A DNA stretch of 63,760 nt, filler included, from Octopus bimaculoides (lineage: Eukaryota): the NCBI RefSeq assembly GCF_001194135.2. It is 7 parts of 7 records of this genome, joined end to end, with 100 filler letters (N's around TTAATTAATTAA, not from the genome) between each part and the next. Parts side by side here need not be neighbours in the genome. Positions count along the whole stretch, not along the records: positions 46,295 to 48,112 come from NW_026396458.1; positions 48,213 to 63,760 come from NC_068992.1; 5 more parts are not named here. The stretch is one strand, 5' to 3'. Both the position numbers and the translations under genes were made by a program. The notes below the pieces were generated by a model that saw nothing but the letters and a program-made list of their open reading frames with translations, did not search any database and was not told where the DNA came from. Positions 47,858 to 60,565 of this stretch are shown one piece after another (the stretch's first letter is position 1; each line of letters opens with the position of its first letter).

Positions 47858-49276
47858 TATAACTTCAACAATGTAACCATACACGTGCTGTTAGCGATGT
47901 CTTTTCCTTCTTTGGACTTTTTCATTTCTCATTTCCGACAAAGAGCTACGCTCGAAACGTTATACTCTCTTTTTTCATCGAAACTCAAGCAAATACATTC
48001 CTTGTGCACGTCCTCGTTTTCCGTTAACTTTATTGTTCGTTTTTTAATTGATACTTTTATTGCTTGTTTATTTGAAATGACTAATGACTATCACATATAC
48101 ATGCATATATATNNNNNNNNNNNNNNNNNNNNNNNNNNNNNNNNNNNNNNNNNNNNTTAATTAATTAANNNNNNNNNNNNNNNNNNNNNNNNNNNNNNNN
48201 NNNNNNNNNNNNGATGCTTAGGAAAGCCGTAAAAAATATACATTTAAAAGTAAGAGACTGAAATGGAAAAACAAAAGACGAAATAGAGAAATAGGATTAT
48301 TCTTATTTGTTTTTATCTTTTGTTATTGTTATTGTTTGTTTGCTTTTTGGATTATGTCATGATTACAACATAATATTTGGCTTATTTGGTCAATTTTTTC
48401 CTTTCTTCTTTTCATGTTTGGTATTACGATCCAAAGTGGAGTTATGTCAGTAAAGTCGATAAAGCCGAGTGAGTCAACATAGCAGTGAATGTAAAACTAT
48501 ATTTGTAGATTAAAGATAACGGCGGATTGTACGAAATATCAGGTTGTGTGAGATTGTTAGGTAGGATTCTTTGACGATTGAAGTTAGACGTCTGAGTTCG
48601 ATTTCCAATGTAGCGAATTAATTCAATCTTCGAACTTAGTTTCGTTATCCTTTTCGGTTGTTCAACTGTGGCCATTCTAGGGCATGACATTCACAGAATG
48701 GGGTCGATTGGAAAGATTTTTAGATGATTAGACATGGCCGGCTAACTATTCTGTGTTTTTTGGTGCTAGACGTAAGCACATACATGTACACATGCACGCA
48801 CACACAAAAACGGGACACAGGCGCACGCGCACAGAGGTAGAAACAAACACACACTCAAAAAACAGACAAACATGCACGCAGAAATATGTTCATATAAAGG
48901 GCGTGCATGCGAGAGAGTTGGCGAGACAAATCCGGCTTTGTTATTTATTAGTTTAACATGATTGATATAAACACTATTCCTCTCTTCAAGCATATAAATT
49001 TAAATATAATCGCACCCATAAGCAGAGAGAGACAGATAGACAGGCAGACAGAGAAGAGAGAGAGGTGGGCAGAGAGAACGGGAGAATGGGAAAAACATAC
49101 AAACTTTAAATGTCAAATAAGCCAGCGCTTCAAATCAGCGACGCCATATAGGCGGTGCCAAAACAGCCGCGACTCTTACCATTGCTTCCAAATTCAAATC
49201 CAGTTTTATATTACGGAATCTGTGGTTACGTACTATTTAATGTATCTTGAAATAGTAAAGGACAAACTTGATCCGC

Positions 49277-50111
49277 AAGTCAATTCCTAAGCTGGATGCG
49301 AGCTCAAAACCTAAGTTATGAATACCATAAGGTATTACTTTTCGATGCTTTACCGATTCTGCTATTTCTTGTCCTCCGAGAGAAAGATGTCTCATTCCTG
49401 AAATTAAATCGGTTGCTTAACAATAGTCTCGTATCATTAAGCAATCCATTCTACCAAACATTTAATATAATCGTCAATATAGAACTATATAATTTTTTAA
49501 ACTATATAGAACTAAATAATTTTTTGTTTATATATATGTATGAGTGTATATATACATACACATGTTTGTCTATATATATNNNNNNNNNNNNNNNNNNNNN
49601 NNNNNNNNNNNNNNNNNNNNNNNNNNNNNNNNNNNNNNNNNNNNNNNNNNNNNNNNNNNNNNNNNNNNNNNNNNNNNNNNNNNNNNNNNNNNNNNNNNNN
49701 NNNNNNNNNNNNNNNNNNNNNNNNNNNNNNNNNNNNNNNNNNNNNNNNNNNNNNNNNNNNNNNNNNNNNNNNNNNNNNNNNNNNNNNNNNNNNNNNNNNN
49801 NNNNNNNNNNNNNNNNNNNNNNNNNNNNAAGTCAATTCCTAAGCTGGATGCGAGCTCAAAACCTAAGTTATGAATACCATAAGGTATTACTTTTCGATGC
49901 TTTACCGATTCTGCTATTTCTTGTCCTCCGAGAGAAAGATGTCTCATTCCTGAAATTAAATCGGTTGCTTAACAATAGTCTCGTATCATTAAGCAATCCA
50001 TTCTACCAAACATTTAATATAATCGTCAATATAGAACTATATAATTTTTTAAACTATATAGAACTAAATAATTTTTTGTTTATATATATGTATGAGTGTA
50101 TATATACATAC
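49277..50111. other. 283-bp apparently identical duplication on both sides of a gap (49277-49559 and 49829-50111), probable assembly artefact
   Basis: No difference seen by eye; the second copy starts exactly at the gap edge. Confidence 0.85.
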
Positions 50112-50539
50112 GACGGAATTCCGCACTATTTCCTTCTATGATAAGGTGTCGGTCCACCAAAAGTCATGCTATATTACACTTGCCGAAGCGGCTACGTAGT
50201 GGCTGAATTGAAATTTGAACCATAAAACTGTGAAGCGAATTACGTTACCGTGCTTGCAATCCGTGATCCTAAGGATTTTTCCATGCCCTGTCACCATAAC
50301 TCTTCTACGGAATCACATCTCTAACACCACAAATTCTACCAATAAGTACTATCACGAACATCACCGGTAAAAACCTCTCCATATTCTTTATCTCTACCAT
50401 TGCCACAACTTTAAAACGACTTTTACCATCACTAGAACCATCAGCGTCAGCCATCCTTTGTAGCTAAGAGAAGTCTAGTAGCAATCGCTTCAGCTGCAAC
50501 AATGACATTCAAATGTCCGTCAAATCACACCTAATTGCC

Positions 50540-51270
50540 TTTAAAATGTACTGTCATCACCACCACTGTCACCTTACCAACGCAAGTATCACCACCATCA
50601 TATGCACGAGGGCTACCATCACCTGCACCACCAGCACAAGCAGCACCAACACCCAAAGCACAACCATTTCCACACACACAGACACCATTACAAGCGGTGA
50701 GCTGGCAGAAGTGTTAGCGCACCGGGCTGAATACTTAGCGGTATTTCGTCTGCCGCTACTTTCTGAGTTCAAATTCCGCCAAGGTCGACTTTGCCTTTCA
50801 TCCTTTCGGGGTCGATTAAATAAGTACCAGTTACACATTGGGGTCGATGTAATCGACTTAATCCCTTTGTTTGTCCTCTCTATGTTTAGTTCCTTGTTGG
50901 CAATAAAGAAATAAGTCACCATTACAAGCATCACCACCGCCACCACCACCACCACCACAACAGCAACAACAAAAACAACAACTAGAACAGCCACACCAAA
51001 CACACGCACCACCATGCCACACACAACACTACCATATACGACACCATCGCTACAAGCTACACTATCACCACTACCACCAAACTTAGCACCACCACCACCA
51101 CCACTTCACGCAACTTCGTCGCCACCACTGCTACTACCACCACACGCAACATTTCCATCGCCACTACCTGCAACATGCATACCACTAACCACCCCCGTTA
51201 CCACCACCATCACCACCACCACCATCACCACAAGCAGCCATCACCACCACAGCCACCACACGCTGCACAC
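50540..51270. repeat. (CAC/CAA)-rich low-complexity tract interrupted by SINE-B
   Basis: Direct reading. Confidence 0.85.
50694..50916 (+). mobile_element. SINE family B monomer, tail type X
   Basis: TSD CACCATTACAA(GC) at 50683-50695 and 50917-50929; tail CTTAATCCCTTTG...GCAATAAAGAAATAAG. Confidence 0.93.
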
Positions 51271-51415
51271 CTTCCAGCGGAAGTAAGCTAGAACGCTAAA
51301 ACTTATTGCGCATGCACAGCAGAGTTGAAGGTCAATCTGTGCAGAGCGGCTTCACTCTGCATGCTCTATCTTCGTTCCTATGGCAACAGTCCGGATAGTT
51401 ATTGATCATATCTCG
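51257..51415 (-). mobile_element. Mariner-family 5' end fragment (same TIR family as 27781)
   Basis: AACAGTCCGGATAGTTATTGATCATATCTCG|TA terminus plus subterminal homology. Confidence 0.8.
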
Positions 51416-51821
51416 TATTAACCATTTCTCAAACGGGAATCGTAAACGATCGCATTCTCATGGAATTATTACAACCCACTCACGATATCACTGCAAACAT
51501 TCCCGAGTGCCAAAGCTGTACCAGTATCAACACCGACGTTAGCACAGCAAACACTTCAAGAAGACCAACAATTACAAACAGAACCGTAGTCACAACAGCT
51601 GTAGCAGCAACAGTAATTATCCTCGCTCTTCCTGTTCTCTCTCTGGCTTTAGACCCATATTGCTTACACAGGACAGACAAGCAGTCTGTTGCTCTAAGCA
51701 AACGGAAACATTTGGTCCTTGATATGAATTGCACATTGCAACTGTTCAACGAATAATACACATATAAATTCAGAAGTAAACTTAGCGCATATACTACTCT
51801 GCATAAATACTTACACACAAG

Positions 51822-51867
<46 letters not shown>

Positions 51868-52091
51868 GATTATGCGAAGGTATGTATGCATCGATCTATC
51901 TACCTATCTCCTTCATTCTTTCTCTCTCTGTCTGTCTCTCTTTATTTCTCTCTCCTCTATCTTCACACACACACACANNNNNNNNNNNNNNNNNNNNNNN
52001 NNNNNNNNNNNNNNNNNNNNNNNNNNNNNNNNNNNNNNNNNNNNNNNNNNNNNNNNNNNNNNNNNNNNNNNNNNNNNNNNNNNNNNNNNNN

Positions 52092-52131
<40 letters not shown>

Positions 52132-52928
52132 TATATCTATATATGCACATGAATATATGAATGGATACACACACACACAACACGCAACACACAAACACAT
52201 ACGCACACACACACATATGTACATGCATACACTCAACATATGTATATATGTGTATGTATGCATATATGCATACGCATATTAATACGTATATATATATACA
52301 TACATACGCAAACACACGTAGATACACACTGAAACATAGATATGTATAAAATTGCATATGCGACTGGGGTGTGCATATATGTGTGTGTGTGTGTGTGCAT
52401 ATGTGTATGTATTAATGTACGTATTCATCTTATATGTTGTAAGTGTTTGGCTGCTTCATATGTTTCCTAAACTGTTTCCACTTAAGGAATATTGTTCATT
52501 TTCCGCTTTGTTTTCCCCTTTCGGTATAGTTTTTACTTTTCGTATTTTTCTTTTAGTTAATAGATTAGAAATTGTAGGAAACGAAGTAATCCAAAGGATA
52601 TAAGATGAGGAAGAGAGCAGGGGAGGGCAAAGGGAGTGTAAGAAAAGAGCAGGGGAGAGTAGGGGAGAACAGAAACTGTAAAAACCAAATGTATAAAAGA
52701 GTTCTAAAAAAGAAAGATTGGTGGAATAAAGGGAAGTAATATGAAATGTAGAGAAGTAGGTAGAAGAAAATGAACCTATAAATATGCATTTATATACGGT
52801 CACACATACACATGTATATGTATATACATATGTATTTAAATATGCATACGTACACACACACACATGTATATGCATATACACACACACACACATATATACT
52901 CCTATGTATATGAAAACATGTATGTTAT

Positions 52929-53008
<80 letters not shown>

Positions 53009-53255
53009 GTGTGTGTGTGCGTGTATATATATATATAGATAGATAGATAGATAGATAGATAGAAGGACTATATATATACATATAGACACAACCACACATA
53101 TGTATATATCAGAGTACATACATGGGTTCATCTATTGGAAGTTCATATATGTATATGTATGTATACATAAATGCTCGTGTATGCAGTCGCGTGTGTAATT
53201 GTGCCTTGGTGTATGTCTATGTATGTATGCACGTATGAATATATGTGTATATGAA

Positions 53256-53287
<32 letters not shown>

Positions 53288-54039
53288 CATATATACGTTA
53301 TATACATATAGATTAATACTTGCATATATGCATCCGTACATACATCTTACAGGCGCATACATTCACACATACTTCATACAGGCACACAAATGCACGTACA
53401 TACACCGATACAAATGAAAGAAAATATTTACCAAAAACTATAAATAAGATAAATCAATGAAAAAACAAAACCGACATTTTTTTCTTTTTTTCTTGTTGCT
53501 GCTGCTAATGTACATTGACTTAACCTCGTAAAACTGTGCATGAGACGACAGAAACGATGATGAATAAGAAACATGTTGAAGGAGAAAAGCAAACTATAAA
53601 ACTAAATAAAAGAAAAACTAGAGAGGGAACGAAAGAATTAGGTTACGATTTGTAGAAGATAATAGCACTAATTGTAAATTGTGTTCAACATTCATCGAAA
53701 TTACAGTAAGTATATATGGTTTCTCGAAAGTAAAATATTCATTATTTAGTCTTGCAATCGGGGCTTCGTCAAATGCTTAGGTCAGCAAAACAAACCTCAA
53801 CAACTTGCTCTGTATTTGTATGTAATTATAAGCCAGTGTGTTTTGTTTATTTCTGTGTATGTAATTCTCTCTCTCTCTTCCTCTGTATATGTGTGTGTGT
53901 TTATATACATACAGGAACACACACACATACATAGAGAAAAAGAGATAAATAGATAGATTTACGCATATGTATATACATGTTTATTTGTATATATACAGAT
54001 GTTTAGGCATGTATATGTGTGTAATAACGGCTTCAAATC

Positions 54040-54240
54040 TTAGCACAAGGCCAGACATTTCGGGGAGGTACCTGGTCGATTAAACCGAACCTAATGTTCA
54101 ACGGGTTCTTATTTTATCGTCCCCGAAATGTTAAAACGCAAAGTCGACCACGGCAGCATTTGAAATCAGAAGAAAATCCGAAAGAAATGTCCGCTAAGCA
54201 TCATTTTCCATCGCGATAACGAGTCAGTCAGTTCGCCGCT
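54040..54240 (-). mobile_element. Degenerate SINE family B
   Basis: CAAAGTCGACCACGGCAGCATTTGAA...CGCTAAGCAT...GTTCGCCGC. Confidence 0.7.
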
Positions 54241-54714
54241 TTGTGAGTGTGTGGTGTATGTGGGGAGATTAATAACATACCTTTACACATATAAACGACA
54301 AATATACACACTACATATACACGCATGCGCACACTCCTAACCTCATCACCAATGCCTTCTCTTTCTTTTTTGCATCCTTCAGCCTGAAGAGACATCGCTG
54401 TTTATCCTTGATGGTCGATAAGCTTTGAACTATTCCCACAAAAAAAGTAAAATCACATCACTATTGTGACCCCTCCACTGTGTAGACATAGAATAACTAT
54501 TTGCAAATCCTAGGTTGTCTATACACACGAATTTTGCTTTTGGTACTAAAGGTATCACGCAAAATAGTGCAAGGCTGTGCGTTTTGGCATAGAATTTGGT
54601 GCCAGATTGTGTGAACAGTGTCGACACAAACCCTACCCTGTGTTATGGGGTCCTACTTGCGAGATTTCAAGGTTTACACCGTAACCCTGTTTCACATGAA
54701 AAAGAATGTATTTC

Positions 54715-55104
54715 TTTCTACTCTAGGCACAAGGCTCGAAATTTTGGGAGATGGAGCAAGTCGATTAGATCNNNNNNNNNNTTAATTTATGGACCCCGAA
54801 AAGATGAAAGGCAAAGTCGACCTCAGCAGAATTTGAACTCAGAACGTAAAGACAAACGAAATACTGCTAAGCATTTCGCCCGGCGTGCTAACGTTTCTTA
54901 TTTCTTTATTGCCCACAAGGGGCTACTTTTAAAGGATTAAGTCGATTACATCGGCCCCAGTGCGTAACTGGTACTTAATTTATCGACCCCGAAAGGATGA
55001 AAGGCAAAGTCGACCTCGGCAGAATTTAAACTCAGAACGTAACGGCAGACGAAATACCGCTAAGCATTTCGCCCGGTGTGCTAACGTTTCTGCCAGTTCG
55101 CCGC
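54715..55104 (-). mobile_element. Heterodimeric SINE-B (X monomer + 5'-trimmed Y monomer)
   Basis: One TSD pair CATG[A/G]AAAAGAATGTATTTC (54695-54714 and 55105-55124, 19/20) encloses both halves; contains a 10-N gap. Confidence 0.9.
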
Positions 55105-55766
55105 CATGGAAAAGAATGTATTTCGTCATACCTGGAGAGCTGGAGAGGACAGAAGAATTTTGTTCATTTGATATGCAGAGTGAAATAATCTACGGTCTCA
55201 GACAACCAGTTTCAGTGTGCGCATTTGTTTTTATTATGAATGTACCACTTAGTCCATGACCTTCATTGCCCTAAATTCAATATACCTCGCACCTCAAGGA
55301 TTTGTTCCTCACCACGGCTTGGCTATTTCACACATTGTCCTTACCACTTCTCACTTTACGTTCTTCCCAGCTGTACAGATCCCCGCCTGTTCACTCTCCC
55401 TCCCATATCATTCATTCCACCGCCCATTTGATTCTTTTTTTCTTTTTTCCTCACATGAAGCCGTCTACATCACTTTTTGTCTTACTTCGTTCAAATTCTT
55501 ATCCGGTGTTTTGCCATCAAAATAATAATACATTTGTAACATTTGTTACGAAAACCTTCCTAAATTCTAAGCCAAGTTTCGAAACCGAATCTACATTTTT
55601 ACACCAGATTCTTTCCTATTGTTCTCGACTTTTGCACTTAGAAATTTGTTAGGTCAACTGTCGCACAGTTAAATTCTGTAGTTTAAGCTAACATTCCTGA
55701 GTTAAATAAAGACCAAGAGAGATAAACTCATTACTTCCCATTGTTATCCGATATACATTCAGGTTT

Positions 55767-56173
55767 AAGGCAACGAGTTGGCAGAATTGTTAGGACGTCG
55801 GGGAAATGCTTAGCCGTATTTCGGCCGTTGCTACGTTCTGAGTTCAAATTCCGCCGAGGTCGACTTTGTCTTTCATCCTTTCGGGGGTCGATAAATTAAG
55901 TACCAGTTACGCACTGGGGGTCGATGTAATCGACTTAATCCCTTTGCCTGTCCTTGTTTGTCCTCTCTATGTTTAGCCCCTTGTGGGCAATAAAGAAATA
56001 AGAATTGTTAGAACGCCGGGGAAATTCTTAGCCGTATTTCGTCGCTACGTTCTGAGTTCAAATTCCGCCGAGGTCGACTTTGCCTTTCATCCTTTCGGGG
56101 TCAATAAATTAAATAACAGTTGCGTACTGGCCCCTTCCCCAAAAATTTTGGACCTTGCGTCTAGAGTAGAAAA
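55767..56173 (+). mobile_element. Heterodimeric SINE-B (X monomer + 5'-trimmed Y monomer), second copy
   Basis: TSD GATATA[C/T]ATTCAG[G/C]TTT (55750-55766 and 56174-56190, 15/17); same AATAAGAA|..GTTAG junction. Confidence 0.88.
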
Positions 56174-56559
56174 GATATATATTCAGCTTTGCAACATGTA
56201 TAAATGCGGTACCCAAATTCAGTCTTACCACTTTGTTCACAGGGTACCCAGCCGAAGAGCATATATTTCTTCCGCTTCCTTTATGGATTCTTATCACTCG
56301 ACAATTCAACTTTCACCCTATCTACTTGTCAGCTCAGTGACTCTTACTCTTTCTCTGTTCTTTTTTCCATTTGTCTTCTAGCAAAAACCTACGGATGAAT
56401 TTAGCTACCTACAAACTGGATAACAGAATAACCATTGCGTAACAATGACTCTGTCGTATCTGACATTGCAACGACAAAAATAAAGAGCCATTTCAATAAT
56501 CTTACAACTCATTCTTCTTGTTTTCTTTGACTCTCCGTTACTCTCTTTATCCGTCTGTC

Positions 56560-57370
56560 TATCTGACTATCAGACATTTTCTGTCTCTATCTCTCTCTCT
56601 GTGTCACTGTCTCTGTCTGTCTGTCTATCTCTCTCTGTCTCTATGTCACTGTCTCTGTCTGTCTGTCTACCTCTGTCTCTATGACACTGTCTCTGTATGT
56701 CTGTCTATCTCTGTCTGTCTGTCTCTGTCTCTATGGCACTGTCTCTGTCTGTCTGTCTGTCTGTCTATCTCTGTCTCTATGACACTGTCTCTGTCTGTCT
56801 GTCTATCTCTGTCTCTATGACACTGTCTCTGTCTGTCTATCTCTCTGTCTCTGTCTCTATGTCACTGTCTCTGTCTGTCTGTCTATCTATGTTTCTATGA
56901 CACTGTCTCTGTCTGTCTGTCTATCTCTGTCTGTCTATCTCTGTCTCTATGACACTGTCTCTGTCTGTCTGTCTATCTCTCTCTGTCTCTATGGCACTGT
57001 CTCTGTCTGTCTGTCTATCTCTGTCTCTATGACACTGTCTCTGTCTGTCTGTCTATCTCTCTCTGTCTCTATGACACTGTCTCTGTCTCTCTGTCTCTCT
57101 CTCTCTCTCTATGACACTGTCTCTGTCTATCTGCCTATCTCTCTCTGTCTCTATGACACTGTCTCTGTCTGTCTGTCTATCTCNNNNNNNNNNNNNNNNN
57201 NNNNNNNNNNNNNNNNNNNNNNNNNNNNNNNNNNNNNNNNNNNNNNNNNNNNNNNNNNNNNNNNNNNNNNNNNNNNNNNNNNNGTCTGTCTATCTCTCTC
57301 TGTCTCTATGTCACTGTCTCTGTCTGTCTATCTATCTCTCTCTGTCTCTATTTGTCTGTTTACCTGCCTG
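56560..57370. repeat. Minisatellite built from simple repeats, anchor CTATG[A/T/G]CACTGTCTCTGTC, variable unit of roughly 30-50 bp
   Basis: The anchor recurs more than a dozen times between (TGTC)/(TC) runs; interrupted by a gap. Confidence 0.9.
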
Positions 57371-58051
57371 TGTCTGTCTGTCGCTTTCTTTCTCTCTCTC
57401 TTTCTCTCTCTCTTCAATGTAGGACAAATGTCCGGAATATTAAACTCTGAATGTCCTTGCAGCAAGTGTTCTCACTACACTTCTCCATCACTCCTTTTAT
57501 AGATCAACTTTTACCAAAGCTGACTACTTCCGAGTCTTTCAGTTTCTTTATTTCCTCGAATTCCATTATTATAATGCCTTACTTTGCTGTTGATTTTTAC
57601 TTTCTAACAGTTCAATGGAACCGACACCAAACATTTTCCTCGGTCATGCTCACTTACACAGAACTGTAACCCTTTAGTATTCTCTTCTTACCCGTTTTTT
57701 TCTTTACAGCCATCTATCTAAAAAAGAATTCAGGTTGAACATTAATCGTGTAGATCGCACCTACAGACTTGATATATCTGCAAAGGTCACAAGCGACGCC
57801 CTTTCTACTCGGATATTTTCAGTGAAAAGAAATCCGTGTGTAAATCGTATTTGTAATAAAATCTGTTATAAATCTATTTAAAAACACAGCAACTCTGTAA
57901 CTATTGACAAAGAGATTGAAAGAATGTTGCCTAGATTAAACTCTGAATCTGTTAATGACAACGAGTTAATATTTGTTTAAGCGGTTTGACATTTTGTCTG
58001 TATAAGTTTATTTTTCGTTTTCTTTTCTGTTATTTGATATAGATAAACATA

Positions 58052-58093
<42 letters not shown>

Positions 58094-58831
58094 NNNNNNN
58101 NNNNNNNNNNNNNNNNNNNNNNNNNNNNNNNNNNNNNNNNNNNNNNNNNNNNNNNNNNNNNNNNNNNNNNNNNNNNNNNNNNNNNNNNNNNNNNNNNNNN
58201 NNNNNNNNNNNNNNNNNNNNNNNNNNNNNNNNNNNNNNNNNNNNNNNNNNNNNNNNNNNNNNNNNNNNNNNNNNNNNNNNNNNNNNNNNNNNNNNNNNNN
58301 NNNNNNNNNNNNNNNNNNNNNNNNNNNNNNNNNNNNNNNNNNNNNNNNNNNNNNNNNNNNNNNNNNNNNNNNNNNNNNNNNNNNNNNNNNNNNNNNNNNN
58401 NNNNNNNNNNNNNNNNNNNNNNNNNNNNNNNNNNNNNNNNNNNNNNNNNNNNNNNNNNNNNNNNNNNNNNNNNNNNNNNNNNNNNNNNNNNNNNNNNNNN
58501 NNNNNNNNNNNNNNNNNNNNNNNNNNNNNNNNNNNNNNNNNNNNNNNNNNNNNNNNNNNNNNNNNNNNNNNNNNNNNNNNNNNNNNNNNNNNNNNNNNNN
58601 NNNNNNNNNNNNNNNNNNNNNNNNNNNNNNNNNNNNNNNNNNNNNNNNNNNNNNNNNNNNNNNNNNNNNNNNNNNNNNNNNNNNNNNNNNNNNNNNNNNN
58701 NNNNNNNNNNNNNNNNNNNNNNNNNNNNNNNNNNNNNNNNNNNNNNNNNNNNNNNNNNNNNNNNNNNNNNNNNNNNNNNNNNNNNNNNNNNNNNNNNNNN
58801 NNNNNNNNNNNNNNNNNNNNNNNNNNNNNNN

Positions 58832-58880
<49 letters not shown>

Positions 58881-59549
58881 TCTCTCTATCTCTCAGTTTC
58901 TTTCTCACTCTCACACTATTTCAATGCGCAAAATATATCTGCTCGCATGATGCGTGTGTGCTTGTCTTCAACATCAAATGCATAATATCGCCAACACAAC
59001 ACAGGTTAAATGTCCAGTCAGTCGAGTCAAATCGTCAGCGTCAAAATAACCGCTGCAAATTCTTTTATTCCAGTGTTGTGTTGGTTTGTTTTACTGTCAT
59101 CCTATTCAAGTAGTATCGAAAGAATTCCGTTCGCAAATATCCTGTCCTGTCATTATATCTAGCATGATATTATGTAATGTTTCAGGAATCCGAGGCAGAT
59201 TTGACAGCTCTCTTAGCAAGTAGAGTGACCTTTTACTGTCTTCTTCTCATCAATTTTTGGCTGGGTTTAAAGCAGATAGAACACTATAGAGACAGCATCT
59301 TTCATCTAAGTCTAGGAATCAGCCTCTATGTTCTCGGTTTGAACTATACAAAGGTCGACTCGTATTCCTTCTGTCTTGAATTAATAGAATGAAGAAGACA
59401 TTAACAATATCCCACACCAAACTGCATGTATCTGTACCAATGTGTAGAAATTATATAATAATAATAATGATGATGATAATAATAATAATGATGATGATGA
59501 TGATGATAATAATAATAATAATAGTAATAATGATAATAATAATAATAAT

Positions 59550-59762
59550 GATTTCAAATTTTGCCACAAGGGCAACCATACTGGGGGCGGGGGATGAGTC
59601 AATTATACACACTCCAGTGTTTCACTGGTAGCTATTTTATCGATCTCGAAAGGATGAAAGGCAGAGTCGACCTCGGTCAAATTTGAACTCAGAACGTAAT
59701 GATGAACGAAATACCGCTAAGCATTTCGCCCGACGTGCTAACACTTCTGCCAGCTCACCGCC
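59550..59762 (-). mobile_element. SINE family B monomer, tail type Z, flanked by (AAT)n
   Basis: Head GGCGGTGAGCTGGCAGAAGTGTTAGCACG, central domain, tail GCCCTTGTGGCAAAATTTGAAAT; (AAT/GAT)n at 59455-59550 and 59766-59877. Confidence 0.88.
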
Positions 59763-59774
59763 TTCATAATAACG

Positions 59775-59878
<104 letters not shown>

Positions 59879-59879
59879 C

Positions 59880-60190
59880 TTTTCTACTAGAGACACAAGG
59901 TCTATAATTTTTTTGGAGTGGGTGGGGAGACCAGTCGATTATATCGACTCCAATATTTCACTGATACTTGATTTATCGACTCCGAAAGAGATGAAACACA
60001 ATCATTTCTACGATGAGCAAAAGGTACGAAATTTTGGGGAATGGGGCTAGTCAATTACTTCGACCCCCAATATTCGACTGGTACTTAATGTACCGACCCT
60101 GAAAGAGATGAAAGGCAAAGTCGTTCTAGGCGGCATTTGAACGTAAAGCCGAACGAAATGCTGCTAAGCGTTTTCTCCGGCTTGCTAATG
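59880..60190 (-). mobile_element. Two tandem degenerate SINE-B pieces with Y-like tails
   Basis: Two copies of the ACTG[G/A]TACTT..CGAC..GAAAGAGATGAAA block at 59940-60000 and 60060-60120. Confidence 0.7.
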
Positions 60191-60194
60191 ATTT

Positions 60195-60565
60195 TAACAG
60201 TGGTTCTCATGGCTTCTGTTATTAACGGATTGTTAGTGTTATTATGTATGTTTTCTCTTGATGTAAAATCTGTGCTGCAGCAAATATTCTGTTCGATACT
60301 ACAGACGTGCTTGTCAGTTGCTTGACCTTAACCAGTTGAACATGTCCCTTAGTGGTTGACGATATGTGCGTCTCTGATTATGACCAGTAGAAGTGGGGAA
60401 GCATCATAGATATGCGTTGAGAGGAATTTGTGGTGATGGGGGGGTTCAATAATCCACCACTAGAAACATAGCTGTTAAATTCATCATTCTTAAACAAGTT
60501 ATTCAGGGGCCTTTTGAGCTGGATGGGCTACTCGACCTGACAAAAATTCTAAATGAGTTCCAACC
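60195..60565 (-). repeat. Unclassified interspersed repeat
   Basis: GC-richer block that I recall from similar genomes; no second copy in this window, so weakly supported. Confidence 0.35.

Noticed and set aside
12399-48168. Recurring TTAATTAATTAA as a CRISPR-like or regulatory repeat
   Set aside because: Always inside N runs of fixed length; a synthetic linker.
49296-50141. 281-aa ORF with an internal repeat
   Set aside because: Produced by the duplicated contig end and read-through of Ns.
50513-51286. Thr/His/Pro-rich mucin-like ORFs
   Set aside because: They come from a (CAC)n tract plus a SINE-B insertion.
54375-54430. Hammerhead-like CTGAAGA...GATA
   Set aside because: GAAA box broken, stem II bulged, stem I out of register.
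54596-56381. ORFs sharing RPRKDERQSRP or SSNSAEVDFAFHPFG
   Set aside because: These are translations of SINE-B on either strand, not a protein family.
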